From: Dehalococcoidia bacterium
GTDB taxonomy: Bacteria; Chloroflexota; Dehalococcoidia; Bin125
Reading direction: 5' to 3'
DNA length: 64,000 bases
NCBI GenBank assembly: GCA_963663235.2
Contig: CAXXNO010000008.1
Coordinates: 96,001-160,000, forward strand
Shown: one piece after another, positions 37,043-47,300 of the stretch
Position numbering within the stretch: the stretch's first letter is position 1
Layout: each line of letters opens with the position of its first letter
Translations under genes and position numbers: made by a program
The notes under the pieces: model-generated
The model's input: only the letters and a program-made list of their open reading frames with translations
Databases searched by the model: none
What the model was told of the DNA's origin: nothing

Positions 37043-38206
37043 TCAGAGGCAGGCCCGGATCCGGCCAATCGCCGTGCGAATAGTCTCCATACTGTTGGCG
37101 TAAGAGAAGCGCAGGTACCCTTCGCCCAGATCCCCGAAGCTGGTTCCGGCGATCGTCGCCACGCCCGCGTCGTGCAGGAGCTTTTCCTGGAGGCCGTGCG
37201 AGTCGAACCCCGTGCCCTCCACGTTGGGGAAGGCATAGAACGCCCCTCCCGGCTCGACGCAACGGAAGCCGGGGATGTGGTTCAGCTCATCGACCATCAC
37301 GCGACGCCGCTTGTCGAAAGCGGCGACCATGGTCTCCACGACCTCCTGCGGCCCTTCTAGGGCGGCGATGCCGGCATATTGGGTCGCGGCGTTCGGACAC
37401 GAATAGCAGTTGATCGCCAGTCGCTCCGCATAGTCCACGAGGCGCTCCGGCCAGATTCCGTAGCCCAGTCGCCAGCCGGTCATGGCGTACGTCTTGCTCC
37501 AGCCATCGAGGACGATCAGCCTCTCACGCAACTCCTCGTACTCCAGAAGGCTGACGTGCTCTCGGCCGTCGTAGAGGAACCGGCTGTAGATCTCGTCGCT
37601 GAGCACGGCGACGTGGGGGCGGCTGGCGAGCCCGGCGACCAGCCGGTCCAGTTGCTCTCGTGGTACGACGCCGCCGGTGGGGTTCGCGGGGCTATTCAGG
37701 ATAATGAGCCGGGTCGCCGCAGTGATGCGGTCCAGCACCTCATCGGCGTCGAACGAGAATCCCGTCTCCTCGTACAGAGGGATGGGAACGGGTGTCGCGC
37801 CACTGAACGCGATGGCGGACTCATAGATGGGAAAGCCCGGGTTCGGATAGAGGATCTCCGCACCGGTCTCGCCGAACATGAGGATCGCGAAGAACATGGT
37901 GACCTTGCCGCCGGGGACGATCAGCACGGTTCCCGGATCGACTGCCGCGCCGGTGCGCCGCCGTACGTCGGACGCCACCGCGTCGCGCAACTCGGGGATG
38001 CCGCTGGCGGGCGTGTAGCCGTGGCGCCCATCGCTGAGCGCCTGCCGCGCGGCCTCCACGATGTGCTCCGGCGTCGCAAAGTCCGGCTGGCCGATCGCGA
38101 GGTTGATGATCTCGCGCCCTTCGGCCTCCAGCGCCTCGGCGCGGGCCAGCACACCGAACGCGCTTTCCGTTCCGATCCGGTGCAGGTTCGCGGCGAGCTG
38201 TAGCAT
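37043..38206 (-). CDS. PLP-dependent aminotransferase class I/II
   Basis: IGQPDF, NSPANPTG, SDEIY, DGWSKTYAMTGWRLG, GAFY motifs; ATG after GAGGAGG. Confidence 0.93.
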   Translation of the reverse strand: MLQLAANLHRIGTESAFGVLARAEALEAEGREIINLAIGQPDFATPEHIVEAARQALSDGRHGYTPASGIPELRDAVASDVRRRTGAAVDPGTVLIVPGGKVTMFFAILMFGETGAEILYPNPGFPIYESAIAFSGATPVPIPLYEETGFSFDADEVLDRITAATRLIILNSPANPTGGVVPREQLDRLVAGLASRPHVAVLSDEIYSRFLYDGREHVSLLEYEELRERLIVLDGWSKTYAMTGWRLGYGIWPERLVDYAERLAINCYSCPNAATQYAGIAALEGPQEVVETMVAAFDKRRRVMVDELNHIPGFRCVEPGGAFYAFPNVEGTGFDSHGLQEKLLHDAGVATIAGTSFGDLGEGYLRFSYANSMETIRTAIGRIRACL

Positions 38207-38518
38207 CGCGCACCTCCTCGCTCGGGCTGCCCCTGCCCTGGAGGTATATAGTCCCGACTTCATCGCGGCTGCAAGCGGTCGGCCGGGGCGGATCGTCTGG
38301 CGCCCGAGGCGCGCCACCGGGGCTACGCCGGCCGTCGGCCGTCCTGATTCCCCGATGCCGGCCCCGCTGGCCGCCGTGTCGCTATGGCGGTCGCTTCGAA
38401 CCCGTCGCGGGCGGCGGCCCGTGCAGCGCCCAGTGGTAGCGGGGAGGGCGTTGGCGATTCCCAGAAGGACCGAACGCCTCGACCCGGGCGCCCCCGGCGG
38501 GCTCGGCCGCAGGGCGCC

Positions 38519-39001
38519 CTAGCGCCCCCCGGCTGTCGCCTGCATGCTTTGCAGGTGTCCCTGCGCGTGGCCAATGAGGATGTTCTCGATCACCTGCTGG
38601 GCGCTTACCGGATCCGGCCCCAACGGTCCCAGGGGGGCCGCCTTGTCGAGTTGCGCATCGCTCATTCCCTGGACTGCTCCCGCGGCCGAGGCGCCGTTGC
38701 TGCGCAAGAGCTCCAGCACCTCCGCCTTGGTGCAGTTCGCGAACTCGTTGGCATGCTGGGCGTTCCCCTGGTCGATCATCTCCATAGTGATCGACGGCAA
38801 CTCTTGGCCCGTCGCGATCCCCTGAGCGATCCCGGCAATGGTCGGGTAGGCCCCCGCGACGTGGTGGGCCACTACGCCGACGCCCCAGCCCTCGCCCGCG
38901 CATTGCTTCCGCCACTGTTCATCCGTGCAGGCCTCCACGGCGGCGATTAAGTCCGCGTTCGCCTGCTCAAAGCGCTTCGCCAGATCTTCGGCTCGACTCA
39001 C
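38519..39001 (-). CDS. DinB-family/mycothiol-S-transferase-like protein
   Basis: EGW.V..VAHH and H...H motifs; GTG after GGAGG. Confidence 0.8.
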   Translation of the reverse strand: MSRAEDLAKRFEQANADLIAAVEACTDEQWRKQCAGEGWGVGVVAHHVAGAYPTIAGIAQGIATGQELPSITMEMIDQGNAQHANEFANCTKAEVLELLRSNGASAAGAVQGMSDAQLDKAAPLGPLGPDPVSAQQVIENILIGHAQGHLQSMQATAGGR

Positions 39002-39089
39002 TACTACCTCCTCAAGTCATCTCGGGACGCCTGAATCAATCCCCGCTCTCTGCGCGGCTGTCCGATTGTACTTGCGCCGTCAAGGCGTC

Positions 39090-40040
39090 TCAGGCGAGAC
39101 ATCGCAGGGGTCGGCCGCCGTTGTACGCGACCATCTCTTGGAATGGAGCGTCCCACTCGATCGGAGCTCCCAGCGGCTCCTGCCGGAGCTCCGAGTAAGC
39201 CCGATGCAGGTTCCCGACCAGCCGCTCCGGGTCCGTCCACTCGCCGAAACGACCCAGGTCCGCCTCGCGCGCGACGTCGAGCGGCGCGGCGCCGGTCTCG
39301 AAGCCGGACCGCGCCACCTCTTGCACGAAGCGTAGGTACGCCGCGACATCGTCAAGCGCCTCTGGCCCGCAGACGGGCCCGTGCCCGGGGATCACCGTCT
39401 CGGCTCCCAGCGCCCGAACTCGTTCGAGCGCGCTCAGCCAGCCGACGATCGATCCGCCCAGCGCAAAGGGTGTGCCCCCCTTGAAGACGATGTCGCCCGT
39501 AATCAGCACCTTCCGATCCGGTACCCACACCACGACGTCATTCGTGGTATGCGCGGGCGCGACGGCGATGAGCTCCACGCGCAGGTCGTCCACGTAGAGG
39601 CTGATCTGCGCGTCGAAGGTGAGCGTCGGCGCGGTGATCGTAATATCTCCCCAATCGACCGCGAGGAACAGGCTCGCTGCCCGTTCCTTGATGGTGTCGG
39701 CGCTGGCCACGATCTCCTCGCGGCAGCGTTCGTGCCCCACGATCGTCACTCCGGGCCCGAAGACGTAGTTCCCGAACACGTGATCGAGGTGGCTGTGCGT
39801 ATTGATCAGCGTGCTAACCGGTCCGGGCGTCGTTCGCTCGATGGCGCTCTTCAGATCGTGAGACCGCCGCGCGGTGGCGCAGCTATCGATGACCGTGACG
39901 CCGCTCCGTCCGACCAAGAAGCTAGGATTGTTTAGACACCAGGTCCCGTCGGGCTGCACGTAGGCGAAGATCCCCGGACTTACCTCTTCTACCGTCGGCG
40001 GCGGAAGCGTCGTGTCGGGGGGAACGTCGGCCGTGGTCAT
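39090..40040 (-). CDS. MBL-fold metallo-hydrolase (cyclase-like)
   Basis: INTHSHLDH.FGN, AHT..D, TGD, PGHG motifs. Confidence 0.88.
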   Translation of the reverse strand: MTTADVPPDTTLPPPTVEEVSPGIFAYVQPDGTWCLNNPSFLVGRSGVTVIDSCATARRSHDLKSAIERTTPGPVSTLINTHSHLDHVFGNYVFGPGVTIVGHERCREEIVASADTIKERAASLFLAVDWGDITITAPTLTFDAQISLYVDDLRVELIAVAPAHTTNDVVVWVPDRKVLITGDIVFKGGTPFALGGSIVGWLSALERVRALGAETVIPGHGPVCGPEALDDVAAYLRFVQEVARSGFETGAAPLDVAREADLGRFGEWTDPERLVGNLHRAYSELRQEPLGAPIEWDAPFQEMVAYNGGRPLRCLA

Positions 40041-40128
40041 GGGATACCCCTTACGCTGCGAGTTCCTCGCTCCGGTGCCGCCACAGGATAGGGCCCTGCC
40101 GGCCGCTTCGGCGAAGGGCCGCCGAGGT

Positions 40129-41061
40129 TCAGCGGAAGTGCGGCAGGACGCGCTCGGCGAAGCCGGCCGCCTGTTCCTGCGGCGCTGTTCCGAAGAAGTC
40201 CAGGATGAACATGCTGCAGCGCAGGTCGAGGTGTCTTTGGATCTGATCCCGCAGCCGCGCGGGCGTTCCCGTGAGGGCGAGATCGTGTCTCGCGATGTCT
40301 ACCGACGACCCAACCTGCCGCCGTGTCTCGTCGACCAGCCGTTCCAGGCCGGCCGCGTCTTCCGCGAGCGCCACCAAGCACTGCTGCGAGACTAGGATCT
40401 CCGAGAACTCCCGCCCTACGGCCTCGCAGTGCTGCCGGAGTACGCGCAACTTGCGCTCCAGGTGTTCATGGTCCCCCGACGAGTTATTCCAGATCGCCGC
40501 TTCCTCCGCCACGATGCGCAAGCTCACCTTCTCGCCGCCGCCGGCGATAAGCACCGGAAGCGGGCGCAGCGGCTTCGGCTCGCAAACCGCGCCGGCCACC
40601 CGCACGTAGTCGCCCTCGTAGGTCGCGCTCGGATCGCGCCAAAACCGTTGGAGGAACTGGACCGTCTCGCGCATCTGCTCCAAGCGCTGAATGCCGGAGT
40701 GGAAGGGCATGCCAAAGGCGCTGAACTCCCGCTCAGACCAACCGGAGCCGAAGCCCGGGATGATCCGGCCGCCGCTAATCTGATCGACGCTGGCGATCAC
40801 CTTGCCAAGGAGCGACGGGTTCCGCAGCCCCGCCGGCGTCACCAAGGTTCCGAGCTGGATCCGCTCGGTGACGGCTGCCAGCCCGCTCAGCAACGACCAT
40901 GCTTCCAACGTCGGCTGCCGCGGGTCCGAGGGTGCGTACACATGATCTGGAATCCAGAACGAATCGAAACCCATGGCCTCGAAGCCGCAAGCGGCGTCGC
41001 GGATCTCCGGCCACGCGCGCCCGAAGGGGAGATACATGACGCCGAAATGTGCCGTCGGCAT
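40129..41061 (-). CDS. LLM-class (probably F420-dependent) oxidoreductase
   Basis: GFDSFW.PDH, RNP.LL.K, GGR...G.G.GW, PKP, IAGGGE motifs. Confidence 0.88.
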   Translation of the reverse strand: MPTAHFGVMYLPFGRAWPEIRDAACGFEAMGFDSFWIPDHVYAPSDPRQPTLEAWSLLSGLAAVTERIQLGTLVTPAGLRNPSLLGKVIASVDQISGGRIIPGFGSGWSEREFSAFGMPFHSGIQRLEQMRETVQFLQRFWRDPSATYEGDYVRVAGAVCEPKPLRPLPVLIAGGGEKVSLRIVAEEAAIWNNSSGDHEHLERKLRVLRQHCEAVGREFSEILVSQQCLVALAEDAAGLERLVDETRRQVGSSVDIARHDLALTGTPARLRDQIQRHLDLRCSMFILDFFGTAPQEQAAGFAERVLPHFR

Positions 41062-41070
41062 CGTCGGCGC

Positions 41071-42741
41071 CTAGCCGGTGGCGTGGCGCTCGAACATTCG
41101 CACGGGCGCGACGGAATCCGAGACGGCCACGTCCACAACCGCCGTTCGCCCCGCTGCGAGCGCTTCCCGGATCGTCGGGCCGATCTCGTCGGGCTGCTCC
41201 ACGCGCCAGCCCAAGGCGCCCATCGACGTGGCGATCTTGGCGAAGTCCACGTCGCTGAACTCGGACAGCGCATACGCTTGCTTGCCCTTCTTCCCGAAGA
41301 GGAAGTCCAGCACATGCGTATCGAACTTCAGGCCGTTGTTGTTCAGCACCACCGCCACGACGGGGATGTCGCAGCGGATTGCGGTCTCCAACTCCCCGAT
41401 GTGGTACCAGAATCCCCCGTCGCCGGTCCATGCGACCACGGGACGCTCCGGCGCGCCGCATTTCGCGCCGACGGCCGCGGGGAGCGCCCAGCCCAGCGAT
41501 CCCTCGCACCGTAGAAAGTTGCGCCCCGCGGGCAGGGTGAGGTAGGCGCCGGCCCACCCGGCGGCGTAGCCCGTGTCCGATGCCATCAGGGCGTCCTCGG
41601 GCAGGCTGGCGCTAAGGTCGCGCGCGAGCCGCGCCGGCTCGATGGGCGACGCATCGGAGTCGTAGTCCTCGGCCTGCTGCTCCCACCATTCGCGCATCCG
41701 CCGCGCTACCGCCGCCGTCCACTCGGAGTGCTCGCCGCCCTCTCCAGCAGCGTCGTTCATCTGTGCCACGACCGTGCGCGCGTCGCCGATGAGCCCCAGG
41801 CTGACGGGCACGTTCTTGCCGATCTGCGCCGGGTTGATGTCGATGTGGACCACGGCGGCGCCGGGCCGCGGCAGTTTCCTGCTGTCCGTGAGCTGCCCTC
41901 CGCCGTGCGCGCCCACGAAGAGGACCAGGTCGGCGTCCTTCACGATCTCATTGCCGGCACGTCGCGAGTATGCGCCGACCGGCCCGATCGCCAACGGATG
42001 GTCGCCGGCGATGATCCCCTTCCCGGACAACGATGTCGCCACCGGCGTTTGCAGTCGTTCGGCCAGCTCCGTGATCTCCCCCCACGCACCGGATGTGATC
42101 GCTCCACCTCCTGCGATTATCACCGGTCGCTGCGCGGCCTTGATCATCCGCACCGCCTCCGCCACGTCTGCTTTGTCTGCGCTAGGGCGGTGCGGCGGAT
42201 AGCGAGTGCAGGGCACATCCGCTGGCTCCGGCACGTCGATCTCGCCTCCCTCGACGCGCGGACCAAAGCCCAGGTGTACTGGCCCCGGCGCCCCCGTGGT
42301 CGCTTCCCGGAAGGCGGTGTTCAGCAGGTCCGGCAGCCGGGTAGCACTCAGGATTTCCGCGTCAAACTTCACCGTCTGACGGAAGTCGGTGGCGATCTCC
42401 TGGTAGTCGTTCCCGCGCATGCTGTCGGTGTTGGTCTGACCGGTCATCGAGATCACGGGCGTGTGGCTTTGGAACGGCTCGGCCAGTCCGGCCATCACGT
42501 TCGGCCCGCCTGGGCCGGCCTGGGTAATCACGATGCCGGGCTTGCCGGACGCCTGCGCGTAGCCGTCGGCCATGTAGGCGGCAGCTTTCTCGCTGTGCGC
42601 GAGGACTAGCTTGATCCCTGGGTCGAGGCTGTGGAGCTCGATGAGACTAGCAAAGAGGTTCGTCGGCACCAGAAAGATCGTGTCGACCTCCGCCGCCCGA
42701 AACCACTTGGCGATGTATTCGTACCCCTTCATGACCGGCAT
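41071..42741 (-). CDS. ThDP-binding protein (acetolactate synthase-like)
   Basis: HSEKAA.YMADGYA, GPG, PGPVH, GSLGW, GDGGF...NN motifs. Confidence 0.9.
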   Translation of the reverse strand: MPVMKGYEYIAKWFRAAEVDTIFLVPTNLFASLIELHSLDPGIKLVLAHSEKAAAYMADGYAQASGKPGIVITQAGPGGPNVMAGLAEPFQSHTPVISMTGQTNTDSMRGNDYQEIATDFRQTVKFDAEILSATRLPDLLNTAFREATTGAPGPVHLGFGPRVEGGEIDVPEPADVPCTRYPPHRPSADKADVAEAVRMIKAAQRPVIIAGGGAITSGAWGEITELAERLQTPVATSLSGKGIIAGDHPLAIGPVGAYSRRAGNEIVKDADLVLFVGAHGGGQLTDSRKLPRPGAAVVHIDINPAQIGKNVPVSLGLIGDARTVVAQMNDAAGEGGEHSEWTAAVARRMREWWEQQAEDYDSDASPIEPARLARDLSASLPEDALMASDTGYAAGWAGAYLTLPAGRNFLRCEGSLGWALPAAVGAKCGAPERPVVAWTGDGGFWYHIGELETAIRCDIPVVAVVLNNNGLKFDTHVLDFLFGKKGKQAYALSEFSDVDFAKIATSMGALGWRVEQPDEIGPTIREALAAGRTAVVDVAVSDSVAPVRMFERHATG

Positions 42742-42869
42742 GGAGCAGGACTCCTCTCACGCGGCGCAGCCAGGCAACCTTACAGTCTCCCTGGTCACAC
42801 CGACGCCACGTGGGACCATCCCTGGCGGCAGCGGCGTCCGCCTGGCACACTCACGGCGGACGCTGATCG

Positions 42870-43682
42870 ATGGCCGACGGAATCCCACTGTTCGACGTCA
42901 GCCCCGCGGAGTTGCGCGAAGCCATCCGCAGTGGCCGCTATGCGGGGCCCACGCCGGGTCTAGCCCGCGGCTTCGCGCAGGCCAACGTCGTGATCCTACC
43001 CGACGCCGACGCCGACGATTTCGCCGCTTTTTGCCGACTCAATCCGGCGCCCTGCCCGCTCATCGCCCGGACCGATCCGGGAGGTGTGGAGCCGGGCCCG
43101 GCGGCGCCAGGCGCCGATCTGCGCACGGATGTGCCGCGCTACCGGGTCTTTCGACGCGGCACACCCGATTCCGAGGAGCCGACGGACATCCGCACCCTGT
43201 GGCGCGATGACTTCGTCGGCTTTCTGCTCGGCTGCTCCTTCACGTTCGAGAATGCACTGCGGGCCGCGGGCCTGCCCGTGCGCCACATTGACGAAGGTCG
43301 CAACGTGGCCATGTACCGCACGAACGTCTCCTGCGAGCCAGTCGGACGCTTCAGTGCAGCGATGGTAGTGAGCATGCGACCGTACGCCCCCGAGCACATC
43401 GACCGCGTGGCGGATGTGACGGCTCGCTACCCGCGAATGCACGGCGCGCCGGTCCATGTCGGCGACCCGGAGGCTCTCGGCGTGAATGACCTTGCACATC
43501 CCGACTTCGGCGACCCTCCTGTGATCTACGATCACGAGATCCCCGTGTTCTGGGCCTGCGGCGTCACAACGCAGCTCGCGCTGGCCGCCGCCCGGGCCGA
43601 GATCGCGATTACGCATAGTCCCGGCCATATGTTCGTCACTGACTTGCCCGAAGAGCGGTTCCGCGAGGATCCACGGCCCTAG
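42870..43682 (+). CDS. DUF1445 putative hydro-lyase (D-glutamate cyclase family)
   Basis: QANVVILP, NP.PCPL, DLRTD.PRY, GCSFTFE, VSMRP, HGAPVH.GDP, PVFWACGVT, THSPG.M motifs. Confidence 0.9.
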   Translation: MADGIPLFDVSPAELREAIRSGRYAGPTPGLARGFAQANVVILPDADADDFAAFCRLNPAPCPLIARTDPGGVEPGPAAPGADLRTDVPRYRVFRRGTPDSEEPTDIRTLWRDDFVGFLLGCSFTFENALRAAGLPVRHIDEGRNVAMYRTNVSCEPVGRFSAAMVVSMRPYAPEHIDRVADVTARYPRMHGAPVHVGDPEALGVNDLAHPDFGDPPVIYDHEIPVFWACGVTTQLALAAARAEIAITHSPGHMFVTDLPEERFREDPRP

Positions 43683-46660
43683 GGCGTGCGCAGTGCGTCG
43701 GCCAGCAGCTCGACCACGTGACGGGGTCGGCGGCCTGTGAAGTGGCTGATCTGCTGTCGGCAAGAGACGCCCGTGATCGCGATGGCCGCCTCCCGCGGCG
43801 CCGCCTCGATGGCCGGAAAGAGGCGGAGCGCCCCCATCGCCCGCGAGATCTCGTAGTGCTCCCGTTCGAAGCCGAACGAGCCGGCCATGCCGCAGCAGCC
43901 CGATTCCACCAGTTCCACCTCGTAGCCCGGAACAAGCGCGAGGGCCGCGAGCGTGGGCTCCATCCCGACCAGGGCCTTCTGGTGGCAGTGCCCATGCAGG
44001 ATGATGCGCCGCCGCAAGTGGTCGCCAAAGATCCGGGACACGTTGGGCTCGCGCGTGGCGAGCTGCACCAACAATTCGTCCAGCAGCAGTGACTGCCTGG
44101 CCACGACGCGGGCGGCCGTGCCGGGGAGCAGGTCCGGGTACTCATCGCGCAAGGTGAGGAGACACGAAGGCTCCGTGCCCACGATGGGCGATCCGTTCTC
44201 AGCGTACGGGCGCAAGGCCTCAACGTTGCGTTGCGCCCAGTTTCGGGCGGTGTCGAGCATACCCTGGGAGATCGCGGACCGTCCGCAGCAACCCACCTGT
44301 TTGACCAGCGTCACGCGGTAATCGAGCGCTTCGAGGATCTGCGTTGCAGATCTCCCCACCTCCGGCTGGTAGTAGGCGGTGAACGTATCGACGAATAGGA
44401 CTACCTCACCTCGCCGCGCCTCCATCGACGGTCCGGCGTGCGCTGCGAACCATTGGGGGAAGCTTTGTCGCGCCAGCGCCGGAAGCGGCCGCTCGCGGTG
44501 AACCCCTAAGGTGTGGTGGAGCAGTCGGCGCGCCACCGAGAGGCGGCCGATGGCGTTCGCCAGCGGAGCCGTCCGGCTCCCCCATCGGCTGAGCGCGTTG
44601 ATGTGGGCGAAGGCGCGCGCCCGCCACGGCACGCCGTGCGCCTCATGATATTTCGTGAGCACCTCGTACTTCAGCTTGGCCATGTCGACGCCGGACGGAC
44701 ACTCCGACTTGCACGCCTTGCACTCGACGCACAGGTCGAGCGCGGCGTGGATCCGTTCGCCCGTGAGCTCCTGAGCAGGCAGCGCCCCGTTCAGCGCCTG
44801 CCGCAAGAGATTGGCTCGGCCGCGAGTGGAGTGCTCCTCGTCCTTCGTCACCATGTACGAGGGACACATCCCACCGTCGAACTTGCGGCACGCGCCCTGG
44901 CCATTGCATTGCTCGACCGCCCGGGCGATGCCGCCATCGGCGCGGAAGTCCAGGCGTGTGGGCGGATCGAGATTCATGGTCGTCGGGCTCAGGCGCAGAT
45001 TGTCGCGGAACGGCGGCGTGCGCACGATCTTGCCGGGATTGAGCAGTCCTCGCGGGTCGAACGCCTGCTTGACCTCCCGGAACGCGGCGGTCAGACGCGA
45101 CCCGAACATCCGCTCAGTGAAGGCGCCCCGGAGGATGCCGTCGCCGTGCTCCCCGCTGAGGCTGCCCCCGAACTCCAGGACCAGATCCGCAATCTCGCCG
45201 GCTACCTGTTCCATCGTCGCCAGGCCGGCGGCATCCTTGATATTCACCAGCGGGCGGATGTGCAGGCAGCCGACGCTGGCGTGCCCGTAGTAGCTGGCGC
45301 TCAGGCCGTGCGCGCGTACCGTCGCATCGAAACGGGCAACGAACTCAGGCAGACGCTCCGGCGCAACGGCGGCATCCTCCACGAAGGCCAGCGGCTTCGC
45401 GTCCCCTCGGATGCTCATCAGCAACCCGAGGCCCGCTTCCCGCATGCGCCACATGCCACGTTGCTCCTCCGGATCGGTCGTCGTCACGACGGCATGGCCC
45501 AGTCCGCGCTGCTGGAGGTCTTCCCAGAGGGCAGCGAGTTTGTCCCGCACCTCGCCGTCCGATGCGCCGTAGAACTCGGTGAAGAGCAGGGCACCCGGCG
45601 TCCCCTGCACAAAGTCTGCCAACGACGCGTAGCCCGTGCTCTCTCTGCACCGCTTGATGATCGTGTCGTCGACGAGCTCGACCGCGGAGGGCGCATGCGC
45701 GTTCGCGGCGACGCTCGCCTCGGCCGCCTCGACGACTGAGCCGAGGTGGATCGCGGCCATCCCTCGCGCCGTGGGCTGCGGCACGAGCTTCACCCGCGCC
45801 TCCGTCACTACTGCGAGCGTCCCCTCGGAGCCAGCGATCATCTCCGACAAGTTCATCGATTCGGTCGCCGCGAACGCATCCAGGTTGTAGCCGGAGACTC
45901 GCCGCAGGATCCGCGGGAAGCGCGCCGCGATCTCCTCGCGCTGCTCGGCGGCGATCCGCCGGACGCCGCGGTAGATGTCGCCTTCCAGACCGGGCTGGGT
46001 CAGCTTCGCGGCCAGCGCGTCGCCGTCGAGGCGCTCGAAGGTGGCAGGCGTACCGTCCGAGAGCACTACGTCCATGCTCGACACGACATCGACTGTCTTG
46101 CCGTAGAGGGCCGAGTGGCTGCCGCAACTGTTGTTGCCGATGCCCCCGCCGATCGTTGCCCGGTTCGCCGTCGAAGGGTCGATCGGGTACTGCAGCCCCT
46201 GGCCGCTCACCGCGCGGTTCAGCTCCGCCAGCACGACACCCGGCTGCACGCGTGCCCAATGCTCCTCCGCGTTGATCTCCAGGATCCGGTCCATGTGCGG
46301 TGTGAAGTCCAGGACGATGGCATGGTTCACCACCTGCCCCGCCAGGCTGGTGCCGCCGCCGCGTGAGAGCACGGGCACGTTCCGCCGCGCCGCCACCCTT
46401 AGCACGTGCTGCACGTCCGCCGCCGAGCGTGGAGTCACGACCGCAATGGGCTCCATTTCGTAAATCGAGGCGTCGGTTGCGTACAGCAGACGCGAGTGCC
46501 GGTCGACCTTGACGTCGGCGGTGGCGCCCTGCAGTCCGTCGGCGAGTTCCCGGGCCAGCTCTGCTAGAGCATCGCGCCCGTGGTGCAGGAGACGCAGCGC
46601 GTTCCGAACCGACTCGTGGTCAGAGCGCGCCTTGCCTTCAATGACCTCGCGGTGCGACAT
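43679..46660 (-). CDS. FAD-linked oxidase with Fe-S and CCG domains (YdiJ/D-lactate DH-like)
   Basis: RGGGTSLAGQ, GSEGTL, GEHGDG, CNGQGAC, CVECKAC..ECP, CCG motifs. Confidence 0.92.
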   Translation of the reverse strand: MSHREVIEGKARSDHESVRNALRLLHHGRDALAELARELADGLQGATADVKVDRHSRLLYATDASIYEMEPIAVVTPRSAADVQHVLRVAARRNVPVLSRGGGTSLAGQVVNHAIVLDFTPHMDRILEINAEEHWARVQPGVVLAELNRAVSGQGLQYPIDPSTANRATIGGGIGNNSCGSHSALYGKTVDVVSSMDVVLSDGTPATFERLDGDALAAKLTQPGLEGDIYRGVRRIAAEQREEIAARFPRILRRVSGYNLDAFAATESMNLSEMIAGSEGTLAVVTEARVKLVPQPTARGMAAIHLGSVVEAAEASVAANAHAPSAVELVDDTIIKRCRESTGYASLADFVQGTPGALLFTEFYGASDGEVRDKLAALWEDLQQRGLGHAVVTTTDPEEQRGMWRMREAGLGLLMSIRGDAKPLAFVEDAAVAPERLPEFVARFDATVRAHGLSASYYGHASVGCLHIRPLVNIKDAAGLATMEQVAGEIADLVLEFGGSLSGEHGDGILRGAFTERMFGSRLTAAFREVKQAFDPRGLLNPGKIVRTPPFRDNLRLSPTTMNLDPPTRLDFRADGGIARAVEQCNGQGACRKFDGGMCPSYMVTKDEEHSTRGRANLLRQALNGALPAQELTGERIHAALDLCVECKACKSECPSGVDMAKLKYEVLTKYHEAHGVPWRARAFAHINALSRWGSRTAPLANAIGRLSVARRLLHHTLGVHRERPLPALARQSFPQWFAAHAGPSMEARRGEVVLFVDTFTAYYQPEVGRSATQILEALDYRVTLVKQVGCCGRSAISQGMLDTARNWAQRNVEALRPYAENGSPIVGTEPSCLLTLRDEYPDLLPGTAARVVARQSLLLDELLVQLATREPNVSRIFGDHLRRRIILHGHCHQKALVGMEPTLAALALVPGYEVELVESGCCGMAGSFGFEREHYEISRAMGALRLFPAIEAAPREAAIAITGVSCRQQISHFTGRRPRHVVELLADALRTP

Positions 46661-46787
46661 GCCGCCAGGCTAACAGGGGACGCCGGCAGGCTCGCTCAGT
46701 CGCGCCACATGGGTACGAATCGCACCGCACGCCGCGCAGGATCATCGCGCGGGAGCACGCGCACGTTCAGAGGGTGACGGACGGCGG

Positions 46788-47150
46788 CTACGGCGCGGAG
46801 AAGACGACGCGTCGCAGGGTCGGGCGGCGGTTCGACGTATACGGCCTCACCTCGCCCGGCCAGCGTCCTTGATCAACGGCATCCGCCCAGGCGTCACTCA
46901 CGAGGACGTCGGGACTCTCGATCTCATACATAGCGGAGTATTTCGGCTCGTCTGCCACGGTCACCGACATCCGCTCGCCATTCATGATGAAGGTCAGATC
47001 TTCGCGCTTGAAACGCGTCACCGCAACGATGCCGGGCACTTTGATCAACGTCGGGATATGTTCCGTATCGTAGATCTCCTCGAACAGCGCCTCCTTGTCG
47101 GGCTCGACGTCCATGGCAGCGGTGTAGACGTACCTGGTCTGGAACGGCAT
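46788..47150 (-). CDS. Small dimeric alpha-beta barrel (EthD/DUF4286-like) protein
   Basis: Y..EHIP.L..VPG...V.RF, PKY.A.YEI.SP motifs; AGGAG RBS. Confidence 0.75.
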   Translation of the reverse strand: MPFQTRYVYTAAMDVEPDKEALFEEIYDTEHIPTLIKVPGIVAVTRFKREDLTFIMNGERMSVTVADEPKYSAMYEIESPDVLVSDAWADAVDQGRWPGEVRPYTSNRRPTLRRVVFSAP

Positions 47151-47300
47151 GGCGGTTCCTCTCCTTTGCCCCGATGGTGGCCGGCGCGACGCCGCGCTGC
47201 GGCGCGTTGGGGAGGATAGCGTACCGCCATGGCGCTCCGGGGCGTCGGTCGCCCGCGGCCTTCGCCGCCGCCGAGCCCGCGCGCCGGATAGTTCAGGCGG

